Shown here: one piece after another, positions 13,655 to 27,945 of the stretch
Layout of the letters: the number at the start of each line of letters is the position of its first letter
How positions within the stretch are numbered: the stretch's first letter is position 1
Source of the DNA: Camelus ferus
Taxonomy: Eukaryota
Assembly (NCBI RefSeq): GCF_009834535.1
Contig: NC_045696.1
Coordinates: 85,066,001-85,130,000 of the forward strand
DNA length: 64,000 nt
Direction: 5' to 3'
Program-made: the position numbers and the translations under genes
Notes under the pieces: generated by a model
Told to the model about the DNA's origin: nothing
What the model saw: only the letters and a program-made list of their open reading frames with translations
The model's database searches: none

Positions 13655-13760
13655 GTACCATTTTAAAAATGAGGAATCTAACAATCAGAGATTCTTACTG
13701 AAGGTGATATAGCTAAGAAACGGCAGAACTGAGCTGAGCTTCGGATCTGCCTGATTCCGG
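13655..13760 (-). mobile_element. MIR SINE fragment
   Basis: CCATTTTAAAAATGAGGAATCT...AAGGTGATATAGCTAAGAAACGGCAGAACTGAG matches the reversed MIR core. Confidence 0.65.
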
Positions 13761-16329
13761 CACTTTGCCTTCCATCTAGGGGATAACCACCTACCATTTA
13801 GTCATATTCTGTACAAGACTGCCTGATGCTTCTGAAATAATAGAAATGACATAGTTAATGAAAATCCACTTAGTGTAAGATACATTAACAAGTCAGAGTC
13901 TTTAAAAAAGAAATGTAAGTGTACTTAACAAGTACTCACAAGCTGTCAAAAGAAGCCAGTCATCTTTTTCCCCTCACATTGAGTACAGGTTTCTGCATAA
14001 AAGGGTTAAAAAAAAAACCTGTAATCATGGCAAAAATGAAACAGTAAATAAAATGGTAAAATACTCTAGGCTTTGGCTTGAAATCTGCTTTTCCATCAAG
14101 TCTTAAGAAAATGGCATCATTACAACCTTTGGTGTTTTGCGCAGGCCTTACAAGCCTGAGTTTGTGTAAAATCCCACTCGATTTCGTATCTGGAACCAGA
14201 AATTGCATTTTTAATCAGATAAATGTACACGTATCAGGGAAATAGATTTAATACAACTCAGGTAATAGTATATGTATTTTAAAAATCTAATTCTTGAAGT
14301 GTAATAACCAAAAAATTCACAATAGATGTCTTCAACTTATGCAAATAAATTGGAAAGGATAAATATGTTCTTTTCTTCATTTCATCTTGAATTTCTTTTT
14401 TATTTCATATTGATTGTATTAATATAAACATATTACATTATTTGGGAACTTTTTAATTTTTGAGAAAATCCTAAAATTTATCATATACATTTTACAATCA
14501 TAGCCTTTTAAAAATCTTTATTTAAAATTCAAAAGATGGAAAATATGTAAAGCAAATTATTTCTTTGGTATCATTATTGTATTTATATTGTTCTCCAGTA
14601 TGCAAACATTTAATGATTTTGTAGTTTATTTTTTGAGTACCCATCTTTATAATTTGTAACATTAAGGGTACAAAGACTAACTATTAATATTTTATTAATA
14701 CTTATAACTATTTATAAGGTCTGTTTGTCTTCTGATCCCACCCCCATAAACATACTTTACCTTATTTCATTCACCATTGATATTGAAACACATATGTTTT
14801 CCCATGTCTGCTTTATTTTTTCCTCCAAAAAACAGTTTTTAAGAAAAATAGGGAAAGTGTTAAAAGTGAAAGTATTAATAAATATTTGTAGTAATAAAAG
14901 TATTAATAGTGATAGTAGGTAAATTGTAGAAGTATTCTATAAGCTTCACATATAAAGATTGCCATCCATCATTAATCTTTGTTTATGAGATTTCCTTTGT
15001 TTTGAGATTCAAAGCTTGCTTGAAAAGAAATAATTACATATATTAGCCTATTTTATAAAAAGTGTTCTTGCATTTATGATGGAAAATGTTGAAATATAAA
15101 TTCCTTTACGAACTCAGTTTTAGTGAATTAAGCTTCTATATTTACTATTTATAACATTTTAACTTGCTTTTTTAATCAGCAAGATATAACCCGATGGCTA
15201 AAAAAATTGATTATCTTGAAAGGTAAAAAAATTTAAGAACAGAGTGATTTAAATCCACAGAGAATCAAAATGATACTCTAACATGAAATATTGGCCTGGG
15301 CAACTGTTATTTAAATGAAAAATAAAATTAGAAACCATTCATAGGATTACCATTGAGTAAATCATTATTAATATCTTGTGTAACACATTTTAGATAAAGC
15401 AATTAGTAGTCTGCAAATCACCGATGGAAGAAAATACAGTTTACATAAGGTCCAGGACGATTTGGAGAAGGAAGGCCGAAGACCTACAGGAAGGTGACAC
15501 TGCAGCCTGGATTCAGTTCATCCTTGGCGGTTCTGGCATTTGTGCTTCTCCGTTTTTAGAGGAATGAGGAATAGCTTCTGGTGATTATGATGGCTAAGTC
15601 CATATTAATTATTGTTATAGCACTTGTGAAAAGAATATGCTCAGGAAAATTTGTGAATACACAAAATATTTTTTCACTGAATCATTACTTGATTTAAACA
15701 GCAGCCCTTAGACCATAATATTAAAGAAGAATTTTTCTGCAATAGGAGTATAAAACAGTAAATTTAAGCACATAAGGATTACAGGAGGAAAGTTATCTTA
15801 AAATATATTGACTGCCCAATTAAAGTTTATGAGTCAATGTTAATATCATACAAATTAGACTTCTAGATAAAAAACAATTTTTTGGAATAAGGAATTTTAT
15901 TGCCTAATTCCCACTTATCAGGAAAATATAAAAATCCTGAATTGTTATGAATTTAACAATATGGTTCTCAAATATACTTGCACTGCTATGACAAAGTAAA
16001 CATAAAAATGTATATAATAATACCACATTTTAATGAACATATACATGCTTAAAGATATAAATATGTTTAAACATTAAAATTTAATGAAGGAAAAGCAACG
16101 TTGAATGTAGATTTTAGTGAAGACATCAAACTTGACATAAGTCATGAAACTTAGATCTGGTTGTAATTTTTTTTTAAAAGGGTAATATGAAAGAAACTCA
16201 TTTATTAATGCCTTCAATGTACTAAGTAATTAATTTAATCACTAATATGCCTTTATTTCACATATTCTCACTGATAGAATTGTTCAAAGTATTCTTTATA
16301 AACGAGTTGCAAGAATCCTGAAAACAATT

Positions 16330-16500
16330 TTTATCATAATTTTACGGATGAGAAAGCTGATACCTAGCTAAGATGAAGTGATGCATATTTCATAGTCATC
16401 ACAGCAGATCTTCAGGTTGAGTGTCATTGGTCAGAGGGTTCAAGCACATTCACCAAGGACGGCTGGTAAGCAGTGCAGCCAAAGTTTATTTCAGGCTTTA
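16330..16500 (-). mobile_element. MIR SINE fragment
   Basis: ATTTTACGGATGAGAAAGCTGA is the reversed MIR core. Degenerate. Confidence 0.5.
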
Positions 16501-16892
16501 CTCATTGCAGCATCTCCTTCTTTCTCCATTATGTTGTGCTGCGTGTCTAAGCATTTCAGCATAAGTAAAAACGAACACGACGTGTGTGAACACGATGTGT
16601 GAGATCTAGTAAGAATCACCTTAATGGGGGCAGGGACGTTAAGTAACTCTATAATTATGAATAGGAAATAAAAAGATTTTGAGATCTTTAAGTTGAATTT
16701 GTGTGTATGTACTTTTAATTTAATTTAATTTTGCAAAAATTTAACGTTTTTTGTCTTAAAGCTATAAAGTGCCATATTAAGATTAAATTTACTCAGGGAG
16801 AAAAAATAATAACCCTCCATCAAAGAGTATATTTAACTCCTAAATTGTAATTAATTTATGGGATGCTTTAGGCCCCAAGCAAGTTTCAAAGG

Positions 16893-17375
16893 CAGTGATT
16901 CTCAAGTGTTTTATTTTCAAGACCCCTTTATACTCTTAAAACTTGAGAATCTCAAAGAGGTTTTGTTTATGTGGAATGAAATTGTTATATAGTTACCTAT
17001 ATATTCCACATTAGACATTAAAAATGAGGTATTTTGAAAACATTTATTAATAATACTTAAAATAGTAAAATAAATATATTGCATATCGATGTAATACATT
17101 TTTAAAATAGTTTTATTTCCAAAAAACAAACAAGAAAACATAGTAATAAGAGTGTTATTGTTTTACATTTTCCTAAAATTCTTTAACATTTGCCTTAGGA
17201 GAAAACGACTGAATTCTCTGCTTCTACTATCAATCTGCTGTTATATCAGATATCTTGCAGCAACCAGAAAACTCCACTGTACATTTTTGAGGGTATCAAA
17301 GTAAAAAATGACAAATAATATTTAGTATCATTATAAAAATTATTTGACCTCAAGCCCCTGAAAGTATCCTGGGAG
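16893..17375 (+). mobile_element. Charlie1-family non-autonomous hAT transposon (Charlie1b-like), copy 2
   Basis: Starts CAGTGATTCTCAA...GACCCCTTTATACTCTTAAAA...CAAAGAGGTTTTGTTTATGTGG, typical of the Charlie1 left end. Confidence 0.8.
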
Positions 17376-17439
17376 TTGGCTCAGTGAATGGGTGAATTTT
17401 CATGAAGAGAGAAAAAGTCCAGGCAGCCAGGGAGCCTTC

Positions 17440-17655
17440 TGGAGACAGCCTGCTTATGTTTAAATCCTACTCTAGTAAGTTACCAGCTGTGTGACCTTGG
17501 GGATGGTGCATAACTTCTCTGTCTTTTATTTCCTCACCTCTTCTATCAGCACAATAATAGCAATAGCTTTCTCTCATGGTTGGCATATAGTATTGATATT
17601 TTAATAAACACTTAAAATAGTGCTTGACACAAAGCACCATGTGGTGTTTGATTAA
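17440..17655 (+). mobile_element. MIR SINE
   Basis: TTACCAGCTGTGTGACCTTGGG...AACTTCTCTGTC...TTTCCTCA...AATAGTGCTTGACACA. Confidence 0.8.
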
Positions 17656-20600
17656 TGAAAAAAATCTAAAGCAGGGATGGGTCAGGTCACTGACTTCTCT
17701 GTGGGAAACAGGTAGTAGTATTCTTATGTCTAAATATTTAGCCTGGTGAAATTTCATGGTAAAGTATTACTTCCAAAAGCAGTTTTGATATTCAATATTT
17801 AAAGAAAAATTATTAATTTTTAAAATACTCTTGAACTATTAATCATTTTCATCAAACTCTTATTCAGGCACATAAAAACGGATTTTTTCCCCTTAATTAA
17901 GACAAAACAAAATACAGAAACATATCTCTAGCTCTTGAGAAACATAGCAGCCTAAGGCTCTGAAAGAGCTAAAAGAAAGTGACAAGACCATCATTAAAAT
18001 AGCTAACGTGAATAACAGCAGGTATGACCAGCTGCTATGTGATATATTAGAAATGGATGTTCTGAATATGTTTTCAGACCCAATTCATCTTTTGGGCCAT
18101 GTCTAATGTTAGCAAAATAAGTGGTCTCACCCATCCACTTATGTAAATTCATCTTCACTCATTATTTGAATTGGATATCATTGATAACAGAAATGAGTGT
18201 GCATGAGATTTGATACACAAAGTTACTGTTTTTTGTTTAATTTCAAAAATTTCCTGATAAATGTTTAATTTTCCAGGAAATTTACTAGCACAAAACAAAA
18301 AATTTAATGTGAAATTGGGCGAGGGTAACTGGATTTCCTCAGCACCGATAAAGATACGCATTAATACAACTTTGTATTTGAAGTCTTCTCAGGCCCACTG
18401 CCCTGCCCTTCCCCACTCCCAGTCTTTGTCTGCCCCCGGTTGAAGTTCCTTTTTGCTCTTCAATATTCTCATGATACTTTGTCTTACTAATTTTGTGTGG
18501 CATTTATTTTCTGCCTTATAATCAAGGTGTTTAAATGTAAAAATGATGTCTCTTCTATCATAAAGGTTGGTGTTAGGTGCAGAACAGGCACTCCCTGCAG
18601 ACCTCAGATAGGGCTGTACACAAACTGGGCACCTAATCTGTTTGCAACAAGTGAATTCAAACTCTTGTTTTAAAAATAACTCTTGCAAAGCTCCTAGAAA
18701 TAATGTTTGAGCAATAGTCATAATATTCTTCTCGAAGGAATATTTTGTTGGTAGACAGGAAAAAAATATCAGATAAATCCTTGATGTGATTTTTCTGTTC
18801 CTTTTGGACTTTCGTATATTATAAATAGACTTCGTAGTGGATAATAAACTTATTCTCCTTGTTTTATTTCATGCATATGGATTTATGTGGCTTTAGTTAA
18901 GTGTATGATCATAAAAAGTTTCAATGGGATTTTCTTTTTCTTAGAACATTTTTCCTACAGAAAACTAAAATATAAACTCACATAAAGAAGGATGTTATAG
19001 ATCAGCAATAAAATTTGATTTTGTTATAAAAATATTGAGTAATAATCTAACACATGTGAATTATTATACCTAGCATGTAAAATAAATATACAAGTAAAAG
19101 TTATACATTATTGAAAGTATTTGAAAATATACTGTTTATATTTTGTTGCAGTAAATACCAATCATGCCAATGAGAAATAACTTTGCATTATAATTAGAAG
19201 AAAAATAATTTTAAAATTCACTCATTAATACATAGCATGTATAAAGCATTCTGTTTCGTGAGCCTATTTTTTCACCCCTCTTCCCACCAAAAGCTGTGTT
19301 TCAAGAAATAATGTTCTGATTAACCAAAATGAAACTAACCTATTGAACTCTGGGTTCCAATGCAAAGAATGGCAGACAGCAGAAGAGAGTATGTGTTTAG
19401 TTTGTATTGAGGTTGATGAAAAACGAAAATGCACTGAGGAGATAAGATGGTAAATCCTCTTAAAAAGGGAAACTTTGAAAGCTTGAACTAAGCTTTTTCT
19501 TCTGCCTGAATTTGATGATAAAAAAAATTGATTGAACATTTCTGCTTCACTCTAGTTAGCACAAATGATCATCATGATATATCCCATGTGTTTCTTGCTT
19601 TATTTGTCAGAAGCAATACTGCTACACATTAAGAGATTTACTATGAATCACTGAATATTATTATTTTTTTATTTCTGTTGAAGTACACTTTATATGGCTA
19701 GCTGATTATTAAAAAGAATCATTGTCTTGCTCATGCATGATTGATAATGTATCAGTATAAAATGAATTAAAAAGTTGTCAAATCTTTCCCAGCTTAACAT
19801 TGTGAATAAATTCTTCAATTGATAAATAAGAAATAAAAGGAATATGTTCAAAACATTTCTCATTTTAGTGAAACTTTAAATGTTTGTTCCTGAAGCAATT
19901 TTAAATAAAACATAACACCTTACATTTTAATGAAAACATGATTGGTTGTTTTATGAGTCCCTCAAGAATATGACTCTGGAAATATGACATTTGCAATATA
20001 GTTATGATGATACTTTTATTTTTGTGCTAACTTCTACTGTAATCAGTAAATTAATGCTGTATATTTCTTGTACCCTACCCCTTTAAATAATAATGCTTTT
20101 TAACCTGTAGAATTACTCTCTATGCTATTTTCCCTATGTTGTTTTCCTATGGATGTATGAATACGTAATATATTTGGAGACTTATTATATTGATGTCAAA
20201 TAATGCCCACTCAAAAAGCATATCCTTTCTTCTCCTAAGAATTATCTGATACTGAAGAAGTTGCATTATATACATATATATATGCATTTAATTACAGCTA
20301 TAATATTTATCTTTAAGTGAGCATCATGTAATTTTGTTCTATAAAAATAATACTTTTAATACTATTAGAAAAAATGATAATGGTCAAATAATGCTCAAAT
20401 TGATAGAGCAATTTCCTTCTCTGCAGGTATTTAAAATGTAATTTTGTATTTCCAGGCTCCCTACAAGGCAGGGACAAGGCATTATCAGCAGTCATAAAAG
20501 ATACAATACTGTAAGAAGTATTTGAGTGAAAAGCTCCAAAATGATCTAATTAATTAATGGCAGAAACAAAAATTTACCTCTCAACCTCTAAGTCCAAGCA

Positions 20601-20819
20601 TTTTGAATCATCATATAATTCTTCCTGGTATACACCACAATTGTCATATCTAGAGAAAACATAAATTATTTTTTCAACAAAAAGAACATGTTATGTGAAA
20701 ATTTAAATAAGCAATACATTAAAGTGTTGAATGAAACTCTATCTGTAATATGAAAAAAGCCAATAGTTTTCTGTGTCCACTTTTAATCTCATTTTTAATT
20801 ATAGAACAAATACAATTAT

Positions 20820-20990
20820 AACAATAAAGAGCTAATACTCTTCTTACTAACAACAATGAACACCAGAAAACAGTGGAATAATATCTTCAAAATCCTGAGA
20901 CCAAAGAAACAAACCAAACAAAAACCTAACCATCAAAATTTTGTTCAACTAAACTATAATTCAAGAGTAACTGTAAAATAAGAAATTGGT
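20820..20990 (+). mobile_element. Ancient L1 ORF1-region fragment
   Basis: CCAGAAAACAGTGGAATAATATCTTCAAAATCCTGA resembles the L1 ORF1 C-terminal coding DNA (RQWNNIFKIL-like). Confidence 0.6.
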
Positions 20991-21629
20991 GGAAGATGGG
21001 GGCAGGACAAAAAGACTAACAAAACAAAAAAATACACGATGACTGTACCACAGTACCACATGTCAATAAGCAGGAACCCACAAATGTAAGTGTACAGGAA
21101 AAAAAGCACAGCATCCAGGCCTACAAGATAGCAGAATTTATGTGAGAGCAGTAGTTGGAAACAAGGGGCATCTGACAAATCTGAGAAGAGGAGAACCAAC
21201 AAATTGCCATAGATACACTGCAGACATTGTGTTGGGAGAAGCAGTGGGTCAACAGCATGGGAAAGTGGGAGGGAATTTTGCACTCCTGTTCATGGGTTCA
21301 TGGGAAATACAAAAAGACTGGAGAATCCTGGGCCTTACAAATCCTTTAAAGTGATAAACTAAAACACCCAACCAGGACAAAACCTCACAGTGAGGGAACC
21401 ACTGAGAGTTGAAACCAAAGAGAAGATGGAGCTGGAGAACTCTGAAGCCTGAAAAACTGTTCTCACACCTCCATCTTAGAATTTCAGGAAGAGTTTCCTA
21501 TAAAAACAAGACAAGAAAACAGGCCAGGAAGTTGTGGCCACAGTTTAAAGCTTAAACTGATACCTCAAAATACTTCAAAAGGGATTAAGAAAAAGAAATG
21601 ATAGTAAGAAATTAAGTATGAAAATTGCA

Positions 21630-21805
21630 TGTGACAACTGTATTGTAGTTATATTTTAAAATAGAATTCGCTTTTAGACATTCTAAAATATTATGCATGA
21701 TGAACGATTGACTGTGTTAATAATTTGTGAAGCTAAGTGATAGGTAATGGGGATTCATTATACTCTTGTTCATCTTTACACACGTTTGAAATTTTTCAAA
21801 ATGAG
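21630..21805 (+). mobile_element. L1MC/L1ME 3' UTR fragment
   Basis: TGAAGCTAAGTGATAGGTAATGGGGATTCATTATACT...GTTTGAAATTTTTCAAAAT. Confidence 0.6.
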
Positions 21806-22489
21806 AAACAAATGAGTAAGTGTGAAATGTAGAAATTTTCCAGACAATAAAAATGCAAATAAACAAAACAGAAAAAAAAAATTTCAATAGGGGTGCTGAA
21901 ATACTGAAAAGCTTTCTGAAACGAAAGCAGTATATTCATGTAAACATTTCACCTGAAATAAAAATTGAAATGAAGTTCCTCAAATAAGAAAAACCAATAG
22001 TAGTTGTACACAATAAGAAACCAAAACATAGAAGCGAACATTAAAAATAAATTAATTTTCACACCATTTCTATTTACCAAAATGGAAAAGCACATATTTT
22101 TTCAAACATAATACGCTTTTACCTATGCTTTTGTTCAGGTGAAAACGTTTGGCTTAATAAATCATTTAAAGCCCTGCGTGACTAGGGCTTGTTAAATTAT
22201 AGCCAATTGATGATAAGATTTTTTGCGAGGGATGTTTTGTGTATTGATTTAATACAAAAGCTCTTGAAGTATCCTTTCAAAAGTCTACAAGGTGGTAGGC
22301 CCCTAAAAAAGTAAAGAATGAAGGAAAAGGAGCAAAACAGCAAAGCTGTCGCCATCCAACTTCTGAGTTGGTGTAGCACCTGGAAATCATAGTGTTCTCT
22401 GTAAGAGCAATAAAAAAAAAACAGTATGTTAACAAAATAACTCGACTTAGTGTGGTACATTAATCACTAACAGTTTGAGTTGTATTTAA

Positions 22490-22715
22490 ATTTTGGCTTC
22501 TGGTATCAGATTGCCTATTTGAATGCTAGTTTATGACTTTTGAGCCACGAAATTAAAGTCAAGTACTTTACCCATCTAAAACCTCAGCTTTCTCATTCTT
22601 AAGTGAAGATAAGACTAGAACCAACCTCATGAAAGATTTCACGTCATAATGCATACAGAATATTTAATACAGTACCTGTATATTAAACCTTACAAAAAAG
22701 TTTAGCTATGGTCAT
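22490..22715 (+). mobile_element. MIR SINE
   Basis: CAAGTACTTTACCCATCTAAAACCTCAGCTTTCTCATTCTTAAGTGAAGATAA...AACCTCAT. Confidence 0.7.
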
Positions 22716-24234
22716 TAATTAGATACCTTATATGTTTCCAATATAGAAGAACTATGTAGACAGACTGAGGAAAAACAAATAAAGAAAAATGCTCAAACAT
22801 AAATAAATCTATCTAATAATTTCATTGTCCCTGGATAAGAAAAATGACATTCATTTTATTTTAAGTGGCAAATCTTTTTCAGATAAACAAGGGCAATATG
22901 GATATAAATGCATATTTCCACTTGTCAGTGGCTCCATTATAGTGCCTTTACATTCATAATGGTAAAAGGGATTTATCCAACATTAATATAGAGTTCACAG
23001 AAAAAATAAGAACTAAGGCATATAAATATTGGATAGTGACTTAATATTTTAAAACTAATTCTTAGTGCAAAATATTTTTATGGAATCTTGGCTAATAGGA
23101 TTTTTATTTTTATTATTCATGAGAATAAATATCAGATGCAATAAACTCAACATTTTAAACTAAGAGCATTACATTAATCATAATAGCGTCTACAAATGTT
23201 CCAAGAAAACAGTCAACACAGCATTTGTGAATTGGCATTACTTGAGACAGTATTTGGTATAAAGAGGAATTCACAGATCCCTCTCAGAAATCCACGTGAC
23301 ATTATAGCTCAAAATATAGGGGTTTTGATCAAATCTTTCAGAAATGGAGTCAATAACTTTTCATTATAAATTACCTGATCTCCAAAGGAGTTCTACTGAA
23401 CACTCACGTTCTTGTTTATTCTTTCTCTTAAGATGACATCTGAACTAATATGTTAGTGCTTTTATGACAAGTAAATTCATTTTACGACTATTTAATGACT
23501 CATTTTAAAACATTGTATTACAGGCAAGAGTTAATTAATCAGGAATTAATTTGGTGTTCTTGTGGCAGAAGAATTATTGCATCATTTCTACTTACTAACA
23601 CTCTGTTCATCACTGCACACTCCGAATTGTGTTGACAGTCTTCTCTGTCATTTATTATGTCAGTGCAATGTCATCTATTCCAGAGGTTGGTTTCCTTATC
23701 CTTCAATTAATTTTTGATCTGTTTGCCTTTTAATAAATAGAATATTTATAGAAAACATTAATGGATTTATTTCATTTAGAAATTTGCTATTCGTTTAGAA
23801 ATTTTGTTATTTCATTTAGTTTTTTTGTTTGCTTGCTTGTTTCTTGCTTCATTCTGAAGTTATCAGCAATATCCAGGACCAATACAGGTCACTTCTGCCA
23901 CAAACTGTCAACCAACACTAGTGTCTAATCATTTTATTCAAAGATATTTTTACTGCTTCAAAAATTCTAAATCCTATACTTATAATGTCAAATTTCACAT
24001 CCTATTTTCTTGAGCTTTAGATATTATTGCTGTCCTTTATTCTTTTAATCATGAAGTTTCTTTATAAATATAAAATATATATTTTATTTACCCAGATAAC
24101 AAGTTTTAACTCTTGAATTTATTTTAATATTAAAATATTCTTTATGACACTTCTCTTTAAAATTAGTATGTACTGTCTCCAATATGTTTTGTAGTAAGCT
24201 ATTTCACAGTAAGATAAGAAATTTCCATTTCTTT

Positions 24235-24255
24235 ACACACACACACACACACACA
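24235..24255. repeat. (AC)n microsatellite
   Basis: About 10 AC units. Confidence 0.95.
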
Positions 24256-25484
24256 TTTTTTATTAATTGGTAGCTAACCCTTCATTGATTCTTGCAGCAG
24301 TGATTTCTTTTTCAGGGTTAAAAAAGAGAAGAAAAAGGAAAACCAGTCTGAAGAGTAGAAATTGTGCTGCTTCTTGTCTTCTCCTACAAAGTCCAATGAT
24401 TATTTTATTGATGATAAGTGTCTTGTGGGAAAGGTAGAAAGTAATGCTTTCAAGAGTAGCAGAAAGAAGGAAAAACCTCCACATGGACAGAATCTAGTGT
24501 TTAGAATGTCCAGATTTTCAAGGGACAACTTAGTTTTTCATGGGAGCACTGCAGGGAGCTGGCATGACCCCAGAAAGGAGAGCCAAAAGCTTCAAAATAG
24601 AACGCAAGCCCCCAGCAAAGACTCCCACTCCCCACACGTGTCATGGACAACCAGGTCTGCAGACCTAAAAAGACCGTGTGGCTGACTCGGAGGTGAAGCA
24701 CTAAGCAGAGGATTCCCACCCACCCCACCCCACTGCCACCATTGTTTTGTTTTTCTTTTTCTTTTTCTTTTCATTTTTTTGTAGTTGCAAAAGACTCTGG
24801 TCTTTTGCATAGCTCTCGGGCCAGGAATTACTGTTACTGCTGCTGCTGCTCCTACTAGCTAGAAATTATATAGACTAAATATTTGCCAGGGACTATTCTA
24901 AGCACTCAGTATTAACTCATTATCCCTCATATAACTTATTTAACCCTCAAAATAGCTTTCCATGGCAGCGAGACATAAAGATTACTTTGTCCAAGACTGA
25001 GATCCCGCGAGTTGACTTCACACAAAATTCAACAGGACCTGGCATCACCAAGTGTTCACATCGCATTCTCGGTAGAGTTCTTAAGTGACAAATCGGGTCA
25101 CTCTTTCACCACGCTGTACAAGCCACAAGGGCAAATTCTGGACCCACATCCTCAGATTATGTCAGAAAGAGAGCTTGTGGTTTCCCAACCCCGAATGTTG
25201 AACTGGAATCTTGTTTGTCATGTCATACCATCCTTGGGACAGGGGATGGTGCTTCTTAAAACATTCAGTTTAAAAGCCTCAGAGCATAATGGTTGGAGTC
25301 CATCTCCTAGAGTCTAACATCTGGCCTGGCACCACCTCTGCATGCAGCAACAGAGGGTGATGGACAAGCGACCTGCACACCTGCCACTGCCACTGTCTCC
25401 CTGAGCTTCCACCATTAGCCTAATTGCATCAGACTTGGTGTGAGTGCTGCCCAGTTGCCATGTGGTTTGCCTCAGAGGCAGATG

Positions 25485-25615
25485 CCATCATCACCCCTGT
25501 TTTCAGATGAGGAAACTGAGCTAGAGATGCTTACATATTTGCTTAAATCCATAAACTTTGGAAGTGATCAAGCTAGGATTCAACCTGAACAGTATGGCTT
25601 CAAAAATGTAGGGCT
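25485..25615 (-). mobile_element. MIR SINE fragment
   Basis: TTTTCAGATGAGGAAACTGAG...GCTAGGATTCAACCT. Confidence 0.8.
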
Positions 25616-26489
25616 GAGTTGCTGTACACTGTCTTGCAGCAGGTTGGAAAAGGACAGGAGATGTGGAGTTTCACAGCTCAAGGGCTGAAATGGATTTTGT
25701 TACCAGTTTAGCAAAAATATTCTTCAGAGTCAGATTTACATCGGTTTTTTAAAATAATAAAATACGAAATTTCATGAATGTCTGAGCTTGCCTAAGATTC
25801 ATATCCACCCTAAAAATTATTTTACATAATTCTAAATTATAAGAGAATTTTTATTCTCGATTATCCCAGTGAAGTATTGAAAACTCAGAATATTTTGTAA
25901 TTTGCCAAAGTTATCTGGAGTAGGAGGATTCCAAACTGTGTCTGACTCAATATTTAACAGAGATAAAATACGTATAATTTTTTAAAAATGTAAAAGCATT
26001 AGCTCACTCTTACTCTTTATCTGTGTACTAAGTTGAAATATTCCACATCATCATCTCCCACACAAAACTTTCTCATATTTATTATGTGTTGAATTGCTTT
26101 TGCGTGTACATATATTATCTCTCTAAACACATGTCTATGTATTCATAGGTAGAGATGAGGTTTTTTTTTTTCAAAATTTGAGTTTCTTTTACGATACTTT
26201 AAAGTATATAGCCATTAATTTATTGTGTAATTATGGCAGGCAGTGAATTAGAAATAAAAAAAATTAAAAAAAGGATAGATAATAGATAGGTTTTTCTATA
26301 AGAATACTCTAATAAAAAACTAAATTTTTTAAATGAGAGGAATGCAATATAAAAAGAATTTTGAAATAAAACAAATGCAAATGTATATGGTTATTAAAGA
26401 AAGGGTGAAATGAAATGTGTTTGAATAGTTCTGGAAAAGGGAAACCGTTAAGAAATGGATCAGGATGGCGTTCTAAGAAAACATTGGTT

Positions 26490-26590
26490 ACAGGGAAGAG
26501 GAGAAGGACAAGGAGAAACAGAAAGAAAAGAAGGAAGAGAAGAAAGAGGAGGAATAGGAGAGGAAGGAAAAAGACGGAAAGCGAGGGTGC
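26490..26590. repeat. GA-rich low-complexity purine tract
   Basis: About 100 nt that are almost entirely A/G. Confidence 0.85.
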
Positions 26591-26869
26591 TTCTAAAGGC
26601 ATTACCGATGCCCAGCATAAAGTTTTGAATTTGAGACACTAAAAGTTTTTCTTCTTTATTTCATAATACTTCTTGCTAAAATATTTGCCAATTTAAAATT
26701 AAAATATTTAACATAACAAAACATGTCACTTTTTAAAATCAAAAAAACACATCATTAAAATAGATTTCAACTCAGTTTAACAGTGTTGTTTTTAGTAAGA
26801 TGTTGTGACTATCTGATACCCTTTGACTTTATTTTCTATTTCATTAATTTGATTATCAATTATTTTAAT

Positions 26870-27595
26870 AAATAGACTTTAATTTTTGATCAGTTTTAGA
26901 TTTACAGAAAAATAAGCAAAATGTATAATGAACTTCCAAATATCCTCTCACCCCCAATTTTTCCTATTATTAACATCTTGTATTAGGTGGTACATTTGTT
27001 ATAATTGATAAGCCCATGCTGGTACATTGTTATTAACTAAAGCCCGTATTTTGCATTAGAGTTCACTCTTTGTGTTGGTTGTACATACTATGAATTTCGA
27101 CAAATGTGTACTGACATGTAACCACCATTAAGTATTGTACAGAATAATTTTTATCATCCTAAAAATCCCTTGTGCTCCACTTGTTCATCCCCTCTCTCCT
27201 TCCCCCGAGCCTCTCAAAACCACAGTCTTTTTGCTGTCCCTATAGTTTTTCAGTACATAGCCTTTCAGATTGCCTTCTTTCACCTAGTACCATATATATA
27301 AAGTCCTTCAATGTCTTTTTGTGGCTTAATAATTCTTTATTTTTTTTTGTATCGTTGAATAAATGTATAGATGTACCACAGTTTGTTTCTGCATTCACCT
27401 ACATTAAAGGATATCTGAGTTGCTTCCAAGTTTTTGTGACTATGAATAAGACTGCTACAAATATTTACATGCAGGTTCTTGCATAGACATGCTTCCAACT
27501 TGTTTGGGGAAATCCCAAGAAGTGAAATTGCTAGATGATATGGTAAGAGTTTGTTTAGTTTTCCAAGAAACTGCCAAACTGTCTTCAAAGGGTTA
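26870..27595 (-). mobile_element. L1MC/L1MD-type 3' end (3' UTR plus ORF2 C-terminal remnant)
   Basis: CAGTTTTAGATTTACAGAAAA...GTGGTACATTTGTTATAATTGATAAGCC. The minus ORF 27337-27588 (MKTVWQFLGKLNKLLPYHLAISLLGI) is L1 ORF2-like. Confidence 0.85.
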
Positions 27596-27945
27596 TACGT
27601 TTTAAAATATTGTAACGTTCTTCCCCCTTATTTTTGTTTACCAAGTATATAATATTCCATTTTCTCATTAATCCTAATCAGACACAAATACTATTTATAA
27701 AGAGAAAACACTTTTTTTCTCACTGAGATACATTATTTTCCCACCACAGTGTTTAAATATCTCCACATTTCTCTGCTACTTTTGCCTCCGCAGTATAAGA
27801 CTTTACAACCTCCTTTACTACACCCCATTTCCCTCAAACCCATGTCCAAGGTTCAGGGGCATTTTAGTACTGGTTGTATTCCCCTAAACGGTATTTCTCC
27901 TTTGGCCAAAAAAAAAAAAGAAATTTCAAAAATCCTATTTAGAAA

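Noticed and set aside
19293..19452. Open frame with splice-like ends (CVSRNNVLINQNETNLL...)
   Set aside because: Weak AAAG acceptor, no recognisable protein and no partner exons.
23610..23690. CAGTGCAATG, resembling the 5' end of miR-130/301
   Set aside because: The rest does not match those mature miRNAs, and no complementary hairpin arm is evident.
24316..24433. Exon-like unit after TTTCTTTTTCAG (LKKRRKRKTSLK...)
   Set aside because: Weak donor (GTAGAA) and no recognisable protein; likely chance.
26309..26642. Arg/Lys-rich protamine-like ORF and its hydrophobic antisense ORF
   Set aside because: Both are translations of a GA-rich low-complexity tract.
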